A DNA stretch of 62,033 nucleotides, filler included. It is 3 parts of 3 records of this genome, joined end to end, with 100 filler letters (N's around TTAATTAATTAA, not from the genome) between each part and the next. Parts side by side here need not be neighbours in the genome. Positions count along the whole stretch, not along the records: positions 20,034 to 33,212 come from DRR378314_233; 2 more parts are not named here. One strand, 5' to 3'. Within the stretch, counting starts at the first letter, position 1, and each line of letters opens with the position of its first letter. A model generated the notes under the pieces. That model worked only from the letters and a program-made list of their open reading frames with translations. It did not search any database and was not told where the DNA came from. A program made the translations under genes and the position numbers. Of the stretch, positions 20,277 through 29,978 are shown in pieces.

Positions 20277-20942
20277 ATGAGCGGTCATATGACAGATTTC
20301 GCAGCCCGGCGTCTTACGATGGTTGATACTCAGGTCAGGCCGTCGGACGTGACTAAGTTTCCTATCATCGATGCGATGTTGACTGTGGCGCGCGAGAATT
20401 TCGTGCCAGACTCGCAGCGTGAAGCGGCGTATGTCGGCGACCTGGTCGAGTTGGGAGGAGGGCGTTGCCTGCTTGAGCCCCGGACACTGGCCAAGATGTT
20501 GGATGCTGTGAATATTTCCAATGATGAGGTGGTTCTGGATATCGCTCCGGGGCTTGGGTATTCGACCGCTATTGCCGCTCGAATGGCGGAACTGGTTGTG
20601 GCTGTGGAATCCGATGAGGCCTTGGCAGCCGAAGCGCAGACCGTTCTGATGGAAGCGGATGTCGACAATGCCATCGTCCACACAGGCCCGCTTGAGCAGG
20701 GCGCGGATGAGCACGGCCCTTATGATGTCATCATGATTCAGGGCGGGGTTGAGCAGTTGCCAGACGCTCTGCTGGATCAACTCAAGGATAGAGGCCGGAT
20801 CGTTTGCCTGTTCATGGAAGGTGACCTCGGAACCGTTCGTGTGGGCCTCAAGACGGCGGGCCGTGTGTCTTGGCGGTATGCCTTCAATGCCAGCGCGCCT
20901 GTTTTGCCTGCTTTTTGCGCTGAGTGTGCATTTTCGCTATAG
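20277..20942 (+). CDS. pcm: Protein-L-isoaspartate O-methyltransferase family
   Basis: RRLTMVDTQVRPSDVT, RENFVP, LDIAPGLGYS and GPYDVI motifs; start may be ATG 20289. Confidence 0.88.
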   Translation: MSGHMTDFAARRLTMVDTQVRPSDVTKFPIIDAMLTVARENFVPDSQREAAYVGDLVELGGGRCLLEPRTLAKMLDAVNISNDEVVLDIAPGLGYSTAIAARMAELVVAVESDEALAAEAQTVLMEADVDNAIVHTGPLEQGADEHGPYDVIMIQGGVEQLPDALLDQLKDRGRIVCLFMEGDLGTVRVGLKTAGRVSWRYAFNASAPVLPAFCAECAFSL

Positions 20943-21031
20943 TTGGCGATAGAAGTATTTTGATGCCTTGATTACTTGAAAACAGCGGCGCAAACTGCCT
21001 CGGTGGTTGCGTAATTTCGATTTGAGAGGAT

Positions 21032-22456
21032 TTGGTTATGCACGGAACGACGACAGGAAAGTTGGTCAAAGGCCTGACTTTGGCGGCGGGCATCGCATTG
21101 AGTGTCGTGCCCGGACGCTCGGTTTGGGCTGACAACCTGACGGATGCGTTTATCGGTGCTTATAACACCAGTGGCTTGCTTGAGCAGAACCGGGCCCTGC
21201 TGCGCGCGGCAGATGAAGATGTCGCCATCGCACTGTCCGCGCTGCGCCCAATCATCAACTGGACCGTGCGGGTGAGCCGTGACTATACGAGAACGAACAC
21301 GAGCAGCGCGATCACCACTCGCGAGCCGTCCAGCTTTTTCTCGGGCCTCACGTTAGGTCAGTTGATCTATGATGGTGGCGCATCTGTTCTGGGCAAGCAA
21401 TCTGCGCAAGAAACGGTGCTATCGACGCGGCAATCCTTGATTGATATCGAACAGCAAATCCTGATCCGCGCAGCCAATGCCTATCTGGGTGTTCTGCTGC
21501 AGGAAGAAACGGTTGCGATCCGTGAGAACAACGTCGAAGTGTCCGCGGAAGAACTTCGCGCCTCTCAGGACCGCTTCGAAGTTGGTGAAGTCACCCGGAC
21601 AGACGTTGCCTTGTCCGAAGCGCAGTTGGCCAGTTCGCAAGCGGATTTGGCTGTCGCACGTGGTAATCTGAGTATTGCGCAGGCTGAATACGTAAACGCC
21701 GTTGGCAAAAGGTCAGGGCGGACAGCAGGTCAGCCAAGGCTGCCGAACCTGCCGCGTTCGGAATCCGATGCGGTCAATCTGGCGCAGCGTAACCACCCGG
21801 CAATTCTTTCTGCGCAGCACCAAGTTCGTGCTTTGGATTTGATTGTGCAGCAGCAGCGCGCCAATCTGGGGCCGAATGTCAGCCTGAATGCCGATGCGGG
21901 CATTACTGAAAGCTATGACAACGACGATTATATCAACGAGGCGACGATCTCGCTGAACTTCAATCAGCCGATCTATTCTGGTGGTGGCTTGGCCGCAGCG
22001 GTGCGTCGGGCCATGGCAACACGCGATGCCTCGCGTGCGAATCTGTTGAATGTCCAGAAGAACATCACGCAAGGGGTCGCCGACCGGTATGCAGCCTTCC
22101 AGGCCGCAGCTGCCAGTTTGCGGGCATCGACCGAGCGTGTCCGTGCATCACAAGTTGCGTTCGATGGTATTCGTGAAGAGGCGACGCTGGGTGCACGAAC
22201 AACCCTTGATGTTCTGAACGCGCAGCAGGATTTGCTGGATGCGCAATTGGCCGAAGTTGCCTCGCGGACCGAACGGTCTCGGGCAGCGTATGAACTGCTG
22301 CAGGCGCAAGGATTGCTAACGGCGGAACGGCTGGGCCTGGCGGTGCAGATCTATGATCCGACGTTGTATTACAACCTTGTGAAAAAAGCGCCGTCGCAGG
22401 TCAGCAAGCAAAGCCGCGATCTGGATCGGGTGCTCAAGGCATTGCGCCGGGATTAA
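21032..22456 (+). CDS. tolC: TolC-family outer membrane protein
   Basis: Signal peptide, RFEVGEVTRTDV, GARTTLDVLNAQQ, YDPTLYY tail. Confidence 0.92.
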   Translation: MVMHGTTTGKLVKGLTLAAGIALSVVPGRSVWADNLTDAFIGAYNTSGLLEQNRALLRAADEDVAIALSALRPIINWTVRVSRDYTRTNTSSAITTREPSSFFSGLTLGQLIYDGGASVLGKQSAQETVLSTRQSLIDIEQQILIRAANAYLGVLLQEETVAIRENNVEVSAEELRASQDRFEVGEVTRTDVALSEAQLASSQADLAVARGNLSIAQAEYVNAVGKRSGRTAGQPRLPNLPRSESDAVNLAQRNHPAILSAQHQVRALDLIVQQQRANLGPNVSLNADAGITESYDNDDYINEATISLNFNQPIYSGGGLAAAVRRAMATRDASRANLLNVQKNITQGVADRYAAFQAAAASLRASTERVRASQVAFDGIREEATLGARTTLDVLNAQQDLLDAQLAEVASRTERSRAAYELLQAQGLLTAERLGLAVQIYDPTLYYNLVKKAPSQVSKQSRDLDRVLKALRRD

Positions 22457-22528
22457 AGGGTATCGCTACCTGTTGTGGCGATGGTCCGGATTGGCTACAA
22501 TCGGACCAAGGTTAGAGCGGTAGAAAAA

Positions 22529-23290
22529 ATGTCAGATCGTGTTGTAAGCGCCAATATTCAGGACGTTCTCTCGTCGGTCAAACGAATGGTCGATGAAGAC
22601 GCAAGTGGCGAATCGGAATTTATCTTTGTCCCTTCGACCCCGGCACCCAAGCCGGGGCGGCTGGTTTTGACGGATGCGCTGCGTGTCAGCGAGGAACCGC
22701 TGATCGTCCAGAAACGCGCACCTTTGAAGTTGATGCCTCAGAATACTGCTCATGAGGGTACGGCAAATCAGGCCGCGAATGCGCCGGGCAATCCAGAAGC
22801 GCCTATGCGTTTACAGCCAGGTGACAGCGTGCGTGCTGATGGCGCTGACGCAAATGACGAAAAACCAAAGCGTGATCTCGCAGGCAGTTTAAGCGCGAAG
22901 ATCGAAGCCTTGGAAGCTGCCATAGCCCGGACCGAAGACCAGTGGGAGCCGGATGGCGAAAGCGATGATGAATATTCCGGTACTAAGACAAAAGCCGTTG
23001 AATGGCCGGTAGGAAAAGGTTTCGCACAATCCAAAGTCGCTGAACCTGAGCCTGAGCCTGAGACAGAGACAACGGCCGAGGCAACCTTTATTCGTGATCC
23101 GGCCGTGGTCGCGAAGCAGGCCCAGAAACCTGCTGGTGTGATTGTTGATGAAGAACAGTTGCGTGATCTTGTGGCGCAGATCGTTCGGGAAGAGTTGCAG
23201 GGCGCGCTTGGGGAGCGGATCACTAAGAATTTGCGCAAGATGGTCCGTCGCGAGATATCGCGTGTCATTGCCGCGCCCGACAGGGACTAA
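22529..23290 (+). CDS. PopZ-like polar organizing protein (DUF2497-like)
   Basis: N-terminal helix IQDVLSSVKRMV, P/E/D/A-rich disordered middle, C-terminal helix LRDLVAQIVREEL...RKMVRREISR; directly downstream of tolC. Confidence 0.6.
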   Translation: MSDRVVSANIQDVLSSVKRMVDEDASGESEFIFVPSTPAPKPGRLVLTDALRVSEEPLIVQKRAPLKLMPQNTAHEGTANQAANAPGNPEAPMRLQPGDSVRADGADANDEKPKRDLAGSLSAKIEALEAAIARTEDQWEPDGESDDEYSGTKTKAVEWPVGKGFAQSKVAEPEPEPETETTAEATFIRDPAVVAKQAQKPAGVIVDEEQLRDLVAQIVREELQGALGERITKNLRKMVRREISRVIAAPDRD

Positions 23291-23293
23291 GGC

Positions 23294-24757
23294 TTAGCCC
23301 CGATCTGGTGCTTGCGCCATCGACAGAAGCAGATCCAGATCCATATGCAGTTCTAGATGATCGGCAAGGTCGTCCAATACCTGTTCAACACCATCTTCAT
23401 AGGTGGTTTCCGACGTGGCGCCCAGTTCAGCCAAATAGCTGGCGCGAAATGCGTCTGATGTGAATATCCCGTGCAGATAGCTGCCGCGCACGCGTCCATT
23501 GGCGCTGGCAGCGCCTTCTGGGCGGCTTTCGATCTGCAGCCAGGCGCGGGCGCAATCCGGCCCGTCGGTCCGACCCATATGGATTTCATAACCGCTGACT
23601 GGTTCATTACCGGGCAGGGCGGTTGCGGAACGCAGGGTAACCTGCTTGTCACCGGCCATGGTGGTAGTGACATCCAACAGGCCAAGCCCCTCGACCCGTC
23701 CCGGGTGCCCGTCGACGCCATCCGGGTCCGCGATGGTTTTCCCCAGCATTTGATATCCTCCGCATAGACCCAGCACGTGGCCGCCACGGCGGACATGGGC
23801 ATAGAGGTCGACGTCCCAACCCTGAGCCCGGAAATAGGCCAAATCGCCAATTGTGGATTTACTACCGGGCAAGAGCACCAGATCGGCATCCCCGGGCAGG
23901 GGGCGGCCTGCTGGGACGATTTCGACCGTTACACTTGGTTCGGCGGAAAGCGGGTCGAGATCATCGAAATTGGCCATACGCTCCAACTGCGGCACGACGA
24001 TCTTACACGCACCTCCGGCGTAAGAGCGAATGTCCATCATATCTTCTGCTGGCAGTTTCCATGCATCATGGAACCAGGGCACCACACCGACGCAGGGCCA
24101 ACCGGTGCGGGCTGCGATATCGTCGCGCCCTTCGTCAAACAGGGACACGTCGCCCTTGAACCGGTTTATGGCAAAGCCTCGGATCAATTCCTGATCCCCA
24201 GTATCCAGAACGGCTTGTGTTCCAACGATCTGTGCGATCACTCCGCCCCGGTGGATATCGCCCACCAGCACAACTGGAACATTCGCTGCGCAGGCAAAAC
24301 CCATATTGGCAATGTCACCTTTGCGCAGATTGGTTTCGGCCGGGCTGCCCGCGCCTTCGATCAGGACAAGATCGGCATCGTTGCAAAGACGTTCAAAGCT
24401 TTCCAGGGCCGCCGCCAGAAGCTTTGATTTATCTTTGCGGTAATCACCCGCTTTCATGGTCCCTGCGCGCTGGCCCTGAAGAATGATCTGGGCGCCCGTA
24501 TCGGTTTCGGGCTTCAACAGGATCGGGTTCATATCGGTATGCGTAGTCCGCTTCGCGGCCCGCGCCTGTAGGGCTTGCGCGCGACCGATTTCGCCACCGT
24601 TTTCCGTAACGGCTGCGTTATTTGACATGTTCTGCGGCTTGAACGGAGCAACGCTCAGCCCGCGCCGTGTATAGGCACGCGCCAGACCGGCCACCAACAC
24701 CGATTTGCCGACATTACTGCCGGTGCCCTGAATCATGATGGACCGCGCCATGGCCAT
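23294..24757 (-). CDS. cobQ: Cobyric acid synthase
   Basis: [48 protein letters not shown]. Confidence 0.96.
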   Translation of the reverse strand: MAMARSIMIQGTGSNVGKSVLVAGLARAYTRRGLSVAPFKPQNMSNNAAVTENGGEIGRAQALQARAAKRTTHTDMNPILLKPETDTGAQIILQGQRAGTMKAGDYRKDKSKLLAAALESFERLCNDADLVLIEGAGSPAETNLRKGDIANMGFACAANVPVVLVGDIHRGGVIAQIVGTQAVLDTGDQELIRGFAINRFKGDVSLFDEGRDDIAARTGWPCVGVVPWFHDAWKLPAEDMMDIRSYAGGACKIVVPQLERMANFDDLDPLSAEPSVTVEIVPAGRPLPGDADLVLLPGSKSTIGDLAYFRAQGWDVDLYAHVRRGGHVLGLCGGYQMLGKTIADPDGVDGHPGRVEGLGLLDVTTTMAGDKQVTLRSATALPGNEPVSGYEIHMGRTDGPDCARAWLQIESRPEGAASANGRVRGSYLHGIFTSDAFRASYLAELGATSETTYEDGVEQVLDDLADHLELHMDLDLLLSMAQAPDRG

Positions 24758-24811
24758 TCTCCTATGTTGACGCGCAGATGACCTGATTTAAGGCCAAAGG
24801 AAAAGCCCCAG

Positions 24812-25381
24812 ATGAACACTCCAGCGCATCTTTTGATTGGTGCCGCCGCTTTTGCGCGCCCAGCCAGAGGGGCGGCGTTGTGGGCCGCTTTGTTCGGATC
24901 GCTGCTGCCAGACCTGTCGCTGTATGTGATGGCGGGCGTCTCGCTGTACATCCTGAACATCCCGGCACATGTGGTGTTCGATCAGCTTTACTTTTCACCA
25001 GCTTGGCAAACTGTATTCGCGATCGATAATTCGTTCTTTCTGTGGGCGGCGGCGCTTGGGGTTGGGCTGTGGCGCGGCTGGCACCTGCTGGTCATAGGCG
25101 CGTCGGCAGGGCTGCTGCATCTGGTGATGGATTTCTTTTTGCACGCGGGGGATGGGCGCCCACAGTTCTGGCCGATCAGTTCGTGGGTCTTTGATAGCCC
25201 CATCAGCTATTGGGACAGCGCGCATCACGCAGTGTGGGTCGCGCCGATTTCAATGGGGATCTGCGTCGCCGCCTATGTCGTCCTTTGGTGCCGGGGCCTT
25301 TCGGTTTCGGCAAAGCTTTTCTTTGCGTTGTTGCTGGCGGCCGAGCTTTGGGTCGCGCGGCAATGGATAATGTATTTTTGA
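24812..25381 (+). CDS. Integral membrane protein, putative metal-dependent hydrolase (YdjM-like)
   Basis: MNTPAH, LLPDL, HLVMDFFLH and SYWD motifs with several transmembrane helices. Confidence 0.7.
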   Translation: MNTPAHLLIGAAAFARPARGAALWAALFGSLLPDLSLYVMAGVSLYILNIPAHVVFDQLYFSPAWQTVFAIDNSFFLWAAALGVGLWRGWHLLVIGASAGLLHLVMDFFLHAGDGRPQFWPISSWVFDSPISYWDSAHHAVWVAPISMGICVAAYVVLWCRGLSVSAKLFFALLLAAELWVARQWIMYF

Positions 25382-25391
25382 TCAGGCCAAC

Positions 25392-25426
25392 GAAAAACGC
25401 GCCCCAAAGGTAGGGCGCGCTTTTTC
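25392..25426. terminator. Bidirectional terminator between convergent genes
   Basis: AAAAA-CGCGCCC...GGGCGCG-CTTTTT. Confidence 0.7.
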
Positions 25427-25445
25427 AATCGGAGGCGGGGGTCAA

Positions 25446-25766
25446 TCAGGCCGCTTCAGCCTGCTGAGCCGCATTCCGGCGTTCGCTTTCTTCGCGTGAC
25501 AGCGCAACAGACGTCCGTACGCCGCGGCCAACGAATTCCATCAATCCGCCAACAACCCGCTCGTTGGGGTCGATACCGGCGCATGACAATACTTCACGCC
25601 CGTCGCGCGAACGCGCCCAGCGGGCTATTTGTTCCGGACCGTTGCCATACTTCTTGTCGTCAGCAATGGCATCATCCAGTGCAGCCAGTACGACGGCTGC
25701 GAAAAGTTTACGTGCACGATTGCCTTGTTCGTTATTAAAGGCCGTGCCGTCAACGAAATCTCTCAT
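25446..25766 (-). CDS. Conserved Rhodobacteraceae small protein (DUF6280-like)
   Basis: MRDFVDGTAFN.EQGNRARKLFAAVV...SCAGIDPNERVV; family recalled from sequence; divergent from efp. Confidence 0.75.
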   Translation of the reverse strand: MRDFVDGTAFNNEQGNRARKLFAAVVLAALDDAIADDKKYGNGPEQIARWARSRDGREVLSCAGIDPNERVVGGLMEFVGRGVRTSVALSREESERRNAAQQAEAA

Positions 25767-25985
25767 CTCGTCATTCCCGTTTTTCTTGCTCTTGCACTTT
25801 TTGGCGTGACGGTCCTTATGACCTATTACATGCGATTCGGATACACCTAAATTGCATAACTACGTTGCGTCAACTGCATGGCTTGCTGCAGGTGCAGCAC
25901 TAGGTTTCGTTGTCTTGTCAGGTGTGGTTACGCCAGATATAGGGACAAGAACTGACGCATCAACCGTTTGTGAAGGATTTATGTA

Positions 25986-26549
25986 ATGCCCAAGATAAAT
26001 GGGAACGAAATTCGCCCCGGCAATGTGCTTGAGCATAACGGCGGGCTGTGGGCAGCTGTTAAGGTAGATCACGTAAAGCCCGGCAAAGGCGGCGCTTTTG
26101 CACAGGTCGAGCTGCGCAACCTGCGCAACGGCTCGAAACTGAACGAACGGTTCCGGTCTGCCGACAAAGTGGAACGTGTGCGTCTGGAACAAAAGGATCA
26201 ACAGTTCCTGTACGAATCTGACGGCATGCTGGTGTTCATGGATTCCGAGACATACGAACAGATCGAATTACCTTCGGAGCTGTTGGGTGAGCGCCGTCCG
26301 TTTCTGCAGGACGGCATGACAATTGTGGTAGAGTTCTACGAAAGTGAAGCGCTGAACGCGACGGTGCCGCAAAAAGTGACCTGCAAAATTGTCGAGACCG
26401 AGCCGGTCGTCAAAGGGCAGACCGCTGCGAATTCGTTCAAGCCTGCGATATTGGACAACGGTGTCAAAGTTATGGTTCCGCCGTTTGTCGGTCAGGATGA
26501 GATGATCATCGTGAACACAGACACCATGGAATACTCTGAACGCGCCTGA
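25986..26549 (+). CDS. efp: Elongation factor P
   Basis: [10 protein letters not shown] loop, ERFRS, KGQTA.SFKPA, VPPF. Confidence 0.97.
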   Translation: MPKINGNEIRPGNVLEHNGGLWAAVKVDHVKPGKGGAFAQVELRNLRNGSKLNERFRSADKVERVRLEQKDQQFLYESDGMLVFMDSETYEQIELPSELLGERRPFLQDGMTIVVEFYESEALNATVPQKVTCKIVETEPVVKGQTAANSFKPAILDNGVKVMVPPFVGQDEMIIVNTDTMEYSERA

Positions 26550-26568
26550 ACTTTGCCAGAGCCAAATC

Positions 26569-26600
26569 AAAAGACCGCATCACCCTGATGCGGTCTTTTT
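26569..26600. terminator. Bidirectional terminator after efp
   Basis: Perfect AAAAGACCGCATCA-CCC-TGATGCGGTCTTTT hairpin. Confidence 0.88.
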
Positions 26601-26604
26601 GTTG

Positions 26605-27543
26605 TCAGCGCCGTGGACGCCGGTATCGCTCGGGCTCGGGGCCGAACAGCTCAAGCATCAGTTCGAACTTGATCCGATTGGCGCTGACCTGACGATAGTA
26701 CGCAATCAGAAACGCGGTTGGGCCTTGAATGCGGCTTAGTCCGCTGGTGGCCGCGACCACGGTGCCTACATCCGTGCGCCCTTGTAACACGAGCCATCCG
26801 CCCAGCATCAAAATGCCGACCGTGCCCGCGCCGTTAATGACGCTGAGCAGAAACTTGGCAGACAGTTTCCAGATGAACATGCGGCGGCGCGTTTCGTATA
26901 TATCGTCAAACAGGGCGTTGATATCCGCCGACACTGCTTCGATATCCTCGGTCGTCAGTTGGTCGGTCGACTTGCGCAGGATGCGGACCCTTTCGGCAAC
27001 AAAGACGTTCACGCGCCGTTGCGAAACCAAAACAATGACAATCTGGGGAACAATCATTGAAAATGCGATCAGGCCCAGCCCGGGCTGCGTGGACGAGATA
27101 TAACCAATCACGCTGATCAGGGTTCCTATCTGAACGACCGGGTCAGAAAACGCACCGCCAGCAAATTTCCCAAGTTCTTCGGCCTCGGCAGATACGGCAG
27201 TGCTCATGGTTCCTTTGCGAAAGGATGCTTGGGTTTGGTTAAGGTCAGATGCGCGCACCAACAGGCGTTGCCTGATCAGGCGGATCAGGTCTTCGCCCAA
27301 TGTACCCGCGCGGTAGCCCAGCACCCATTTTAGGGCAAGGCTCAGAAGAATAACGGCCAGCATGCCAGCCCCCAACGTCAGCAATCGTTCGACCCCGACA
27401 TTTGCCGATGTTAGGTGATTGATGATGTCACGCTGAAATTCCAGTGGAACTGCGGCCAACCCTGCAATTGCCAGCGACAGCAGAATAAGAATAACTTGCC
27501 GACCCGCGCTGGCCCGCCAAATCGCCCGATACAGCCGGAACAT
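26605..27543 (-). CDS. ABC exporter transmembrane-domain-only protein
   Basis: About 6 TM helices, PLEFQRDIIN and GGWLVLQG.TDVGTVVA motifs; no Walker A/B. Start at ATG 27543; the ORF-track extension runs into the IS. Confidence 0.8.
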   Translation of the reverse strand: MFRLYRAIWRASAGRQVILILLSLAIAGLAAVPLEFQRDIINHLTSANVGVERLLTLGAGMLAVILLSLALKWVLGYRAGTLGEDLIRLIRQRLLVRASDLNQTQASFRKGTMSTAVSAEAEELGKFAGGAFSDPVVQIGTLISVIGYISSTQPGLGLIAFSMIVPQIVIVLVSQRRVNVFVAERVRILRKSTDQLTTEDIEAVSADINALFDDIYETRRRMFIWKLSAKFLLSVINGAGTVGILMLGGWLVLQGRTDVGTVVAATSGLSRIQGPTAFLIAYYRQVSANRIKFELMLELFGPEPERYRRPRR

Positions 27544-27637
27544 GTTCTTTATCCCTCTTGAAGTTCCGGTGTCAGTGTTACCGCGCAGTGCGATAGGTAC
27601 CAGCGAAAACACGACCAGAGGGTGATAGTTGTTCCTA

Positions 27638-28471
27638 GGGTCAGGACCCATTGATTTCCGCTTGGCTGCGTGATTCACGGTTCGAAAATCGAGCGGTGAC
27701 CATGTCTGATCTTTTCTGGCTGACGGATGCGCAAATGGCGCGTCTTGAGCCTTTCTTCCCCAAGTCCCACGGCAAACCACGCGTTGATGATCGACGTGTG
27801 TTGAGCGGCATTATCTTCATTAATCGCAATGGGTTGAGATGGCGCGATGCCCCTTCGGCGTATGGCCCACACAAGACGCTCTATAACCGTTGGAAGCGGT
27901 GGAGCGACAAAGGCATCTTCGCCCGGATGATGGCCGGTCTGGCTGCCGAACACAGTGAAGAGAAGACCGTGATGATCGATGCCACCTACCTGAAGGCCCA
28001 CCGTACCGCGACCAGTTTGGGCGACAAAAAAAAGGGGGCGTGGACGCCTGATCGGTCGCACCAAGGGCGGCATGAACACCAAGTTGCATGCCATCTGCAA
28101 CAGCGGGGGACGTCCGCTCAACCTGTTCATCACCGCCGGTCAGGTCAGCGATTACATTGGTGCGCGGGCACCGCTGAGCGGCCTGCCGGATGTCGATTGG
28201 CTGCTCGGCGATCGTGGCTATGACGCCGATTGGTTCCGGGAAGTGTTGAAAGACAAAGGGATACGCGCCTGCATCCCTGGCCGGAAGCAGCGGAAGAAAC
28301 CGGTTAAGTACGACAAGCGTCGTTACAAACGGCGCAACCGGATCGAGATCATGTTCGGCAGGTTGAAGGATTGGCGGCGTGTGGCAACCCGCTACGACAG
28401 GTGCCCGAAGATCTTCCTGTCAGCAATCGCCCTCGCAGCACTCGTTATCTATTGGCTATGAGTCCTGACCC
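27638..28471 (+). mobile_element. IS5-family (IS427-group-like) insertion sequence, 834 bp
   Basis: Terminal inverted repeats GGGTCAGGACCCAT / ATGAGTCCTGACCC (13 of 14 match), flanked by TA within CTAG on both sides; two-ORF transposase. Confidence 0.92.
27702..28461 (+). CDS. IS5-family transposase split in two frames (orfA 27702-28223, orfB frame to 28461)
   Basis: orfA: WRDAP..YGPHKTLYNRW, MIDATY. orfB: GRTKGG.NTKLH, GDRGYD, YKRRNRIE.MFGRLKDWRRVATRYDR. Frames switch at the A8G5 run, 28026-28038. Confidence 0.88.
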
Positions 28472-28492
28472 TAGGATGCTGTCAGCTGGGTG

Positions 28493-29230
28493 TCAGCTGG
28501 ACAGACGCACAATCGCTTCACCAGCCTGCATGTCCCCTTGGGCGCGGTCCAGTCGCAAATAGGCAATCGCTTTGCCTTTGGATTGCGTGAACAGTGTTCC
28601 AACGGGTTTCCCATTTGACTGAATCTCGGTCCCAACCGGGGCGGTGTCTGAAATTTCAACAACGCGCAGGCCTTTGCGCAGTTCGGTTTTGTGCTTCATG
28701 CGTGCGGTGACTTCCTGACCGACATAACAGCCTTTCTTGAAATCCAGCCCATTCAGCGCTTCGAAACCGACCTCAAGAATATAAGTATCCGGCGTCAGTT
28801 CGATACTGGTTTCGGGGATGCAATGACGGACGCGGATCGCGTCCCAATCGGTATCATCATCACTTTCGGGCGTTTGGGAATAAGCCCGCCATCCAAGATC
28901 GGGATGCCGAGGATCGGGCAGGGCGCCATCAGGCGCCGGGCCAGTGCCGCGTTGCAGATTAAGCTCGGTATCCTCGATCGAGACGTCAGCGCGCAGCTTG
29001 TACATCGTCAGGCGTTTAACCAGCCCGTCGGCCAGATCCTCGGCCACATCCAGCAACACCGATACGTCGTCCCGTTTGAGAAAGAAATCGGCCAGATACT
29101 TGCCTTGCGGGGTCAGGAGGGCGGCGTAGACCAGCCTATCGTCCAGCCTTTGGACATCATTTGTGATCAGCCCCTGCAGAAAGCTGTCTGTATCCTTGCC
29201 GGTCAGGCGCAGAATGCGGCGATTGGGCAT
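28493..29230 (-). CDS. ygfZ: YgfZ/GcvT-like folate-binding Fe-S maturation protein
   Basis: FLQGLITND, LLTPQGK, signature KGCYVGQE. Confidence 0.93.
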   Translation of the reverse strand: MPNRRILRLTGKDTDSFLQGLITNDVQRLDDRLVYAALLTPQGKYLADFFLKRDDVSVLLDVAEDLADGLVKRLTMYKLRADVSIEDTELNLQRGTGPAPDGALPDPRHPDLGWRAYSQTPESDDDTDWDAIRVRHCIPETSIELTPDTYILEVGFEALNGLDFKKGCYVGQEVTARMKHKTELRKGLRVVEISDTAPVGTEIQSNGKPVGTLFTQSKGKAIAYLRLDRAQGDMQAGEAIVRLSS

Positions 29231-29303
29231 GGGTTGATCCTCGTCATTTGGTCTGGCCTCGTGATATAGGAGATCGCGCTGCCATGACCAGAGGGTTTAA
29301 GAC

Positions 29304-29978
29304 GTGTCCGCCCCAATCAGTATCGTGATTCCAACCCTGAATGCGGAACGTGATTTGCCAGCGACCCTGCAATCGTTGATGGAGGGACTGCATCAGGGCC
29401 TGATCCGTGAGTTGATTGTCAGCGATGCTGGCTCGGACGATGCAACGCTTGAGATAGCGGATGAAGCAGGGGCCCGGATCGTCACCGGCCCTGCGTCGCG
29501 CGGCGGGCAATTGCAAAGAGGGTGCGCCGAAGCCTCGGGCGAGTGGTTGCTGATCCTGCACGCTGATACAGAGTTGCAGCCGAGCTGGACTGCCGTAGTG
29601 GCAGAGCATTTGAACTCAGACCGGCCAGCATCCTTTCGTTTGCGGTTCCGTGCAAATGGTCTGGGGCCGCGCTGGGTCGCCGGTTGGGCGAATTTGCGCA
29701 GCCGCCTGTTCGGGTTGCCCTACGGCGATCAGGGCCTTTTAGTGCGGCAAGAGGCTTATCTGTCGGCAGGCGGATATCCGGATCAGCCGCTGATGGAGGA
29801 TGTCGCCCTGATCTGCGCCTTGCCGCGTGCTGTATTGTTGAACGCTGACGCGGTTACGAGTGCGGAACGCTATATCCGTCAGGGCTGGTTTCGGCGGGGC
29901 GCGCGGAATCTTTGGACCCTGATGCGCTACTTTCTTGGGGCTGATCCGAAGAAGCTGGCTCAGGCGTACCGGGGATAA
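29304..29978 (+). CDS. GT2 glycosyltransferase, TIGR04283-like
   Basis: ISIVIPTLN, DAGSDD, LHADT, LPYGDQG, PLMEDV and TSAERY motifs; GTG start. Confidence 0.85.
   Translation: MSAPISIVIPTLNAERDLPATLQSLMEGLHQGLIRELIVSDAGSDDATLEIADEAGARIVTGPASRGGQLQRGCAEASGEWLLILHADTELQPSWTAVVAEHLNSDRPASFRLRFRANGLGPRWVAGWANLRSRLFGLPYGDQGLLVRQEAYLSAGGYPDQPLMEDVALICALPRAVLLNADAVTSAERYIRQGWFRRGARNLWTLMRYFLGADPKKLAQAYRG

Noticed and set aside
20115-20780. 221-aa antisense ORF over pcm, and the many similar shadow ORFs (e.g. 23777-24427, 28691-29269, 31233-31709)
   Set aside because: They lie opposite well-supported genes and show no recognisable motifs; expected from codon bias.
23042-23062. (CCTGAG)n microsatellite as a phase-variation tract
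   Set aside because: Only about three in-frame hexamers encoding PEPEPE in a disordered linker.
27544-27780. Apparent IS-ABC fusion (391-aa ORF starting inside the IS)
   Set aside because: Chance open frame on the IS antisense strand; the TMD protein plausibly starts at ATG 27543.
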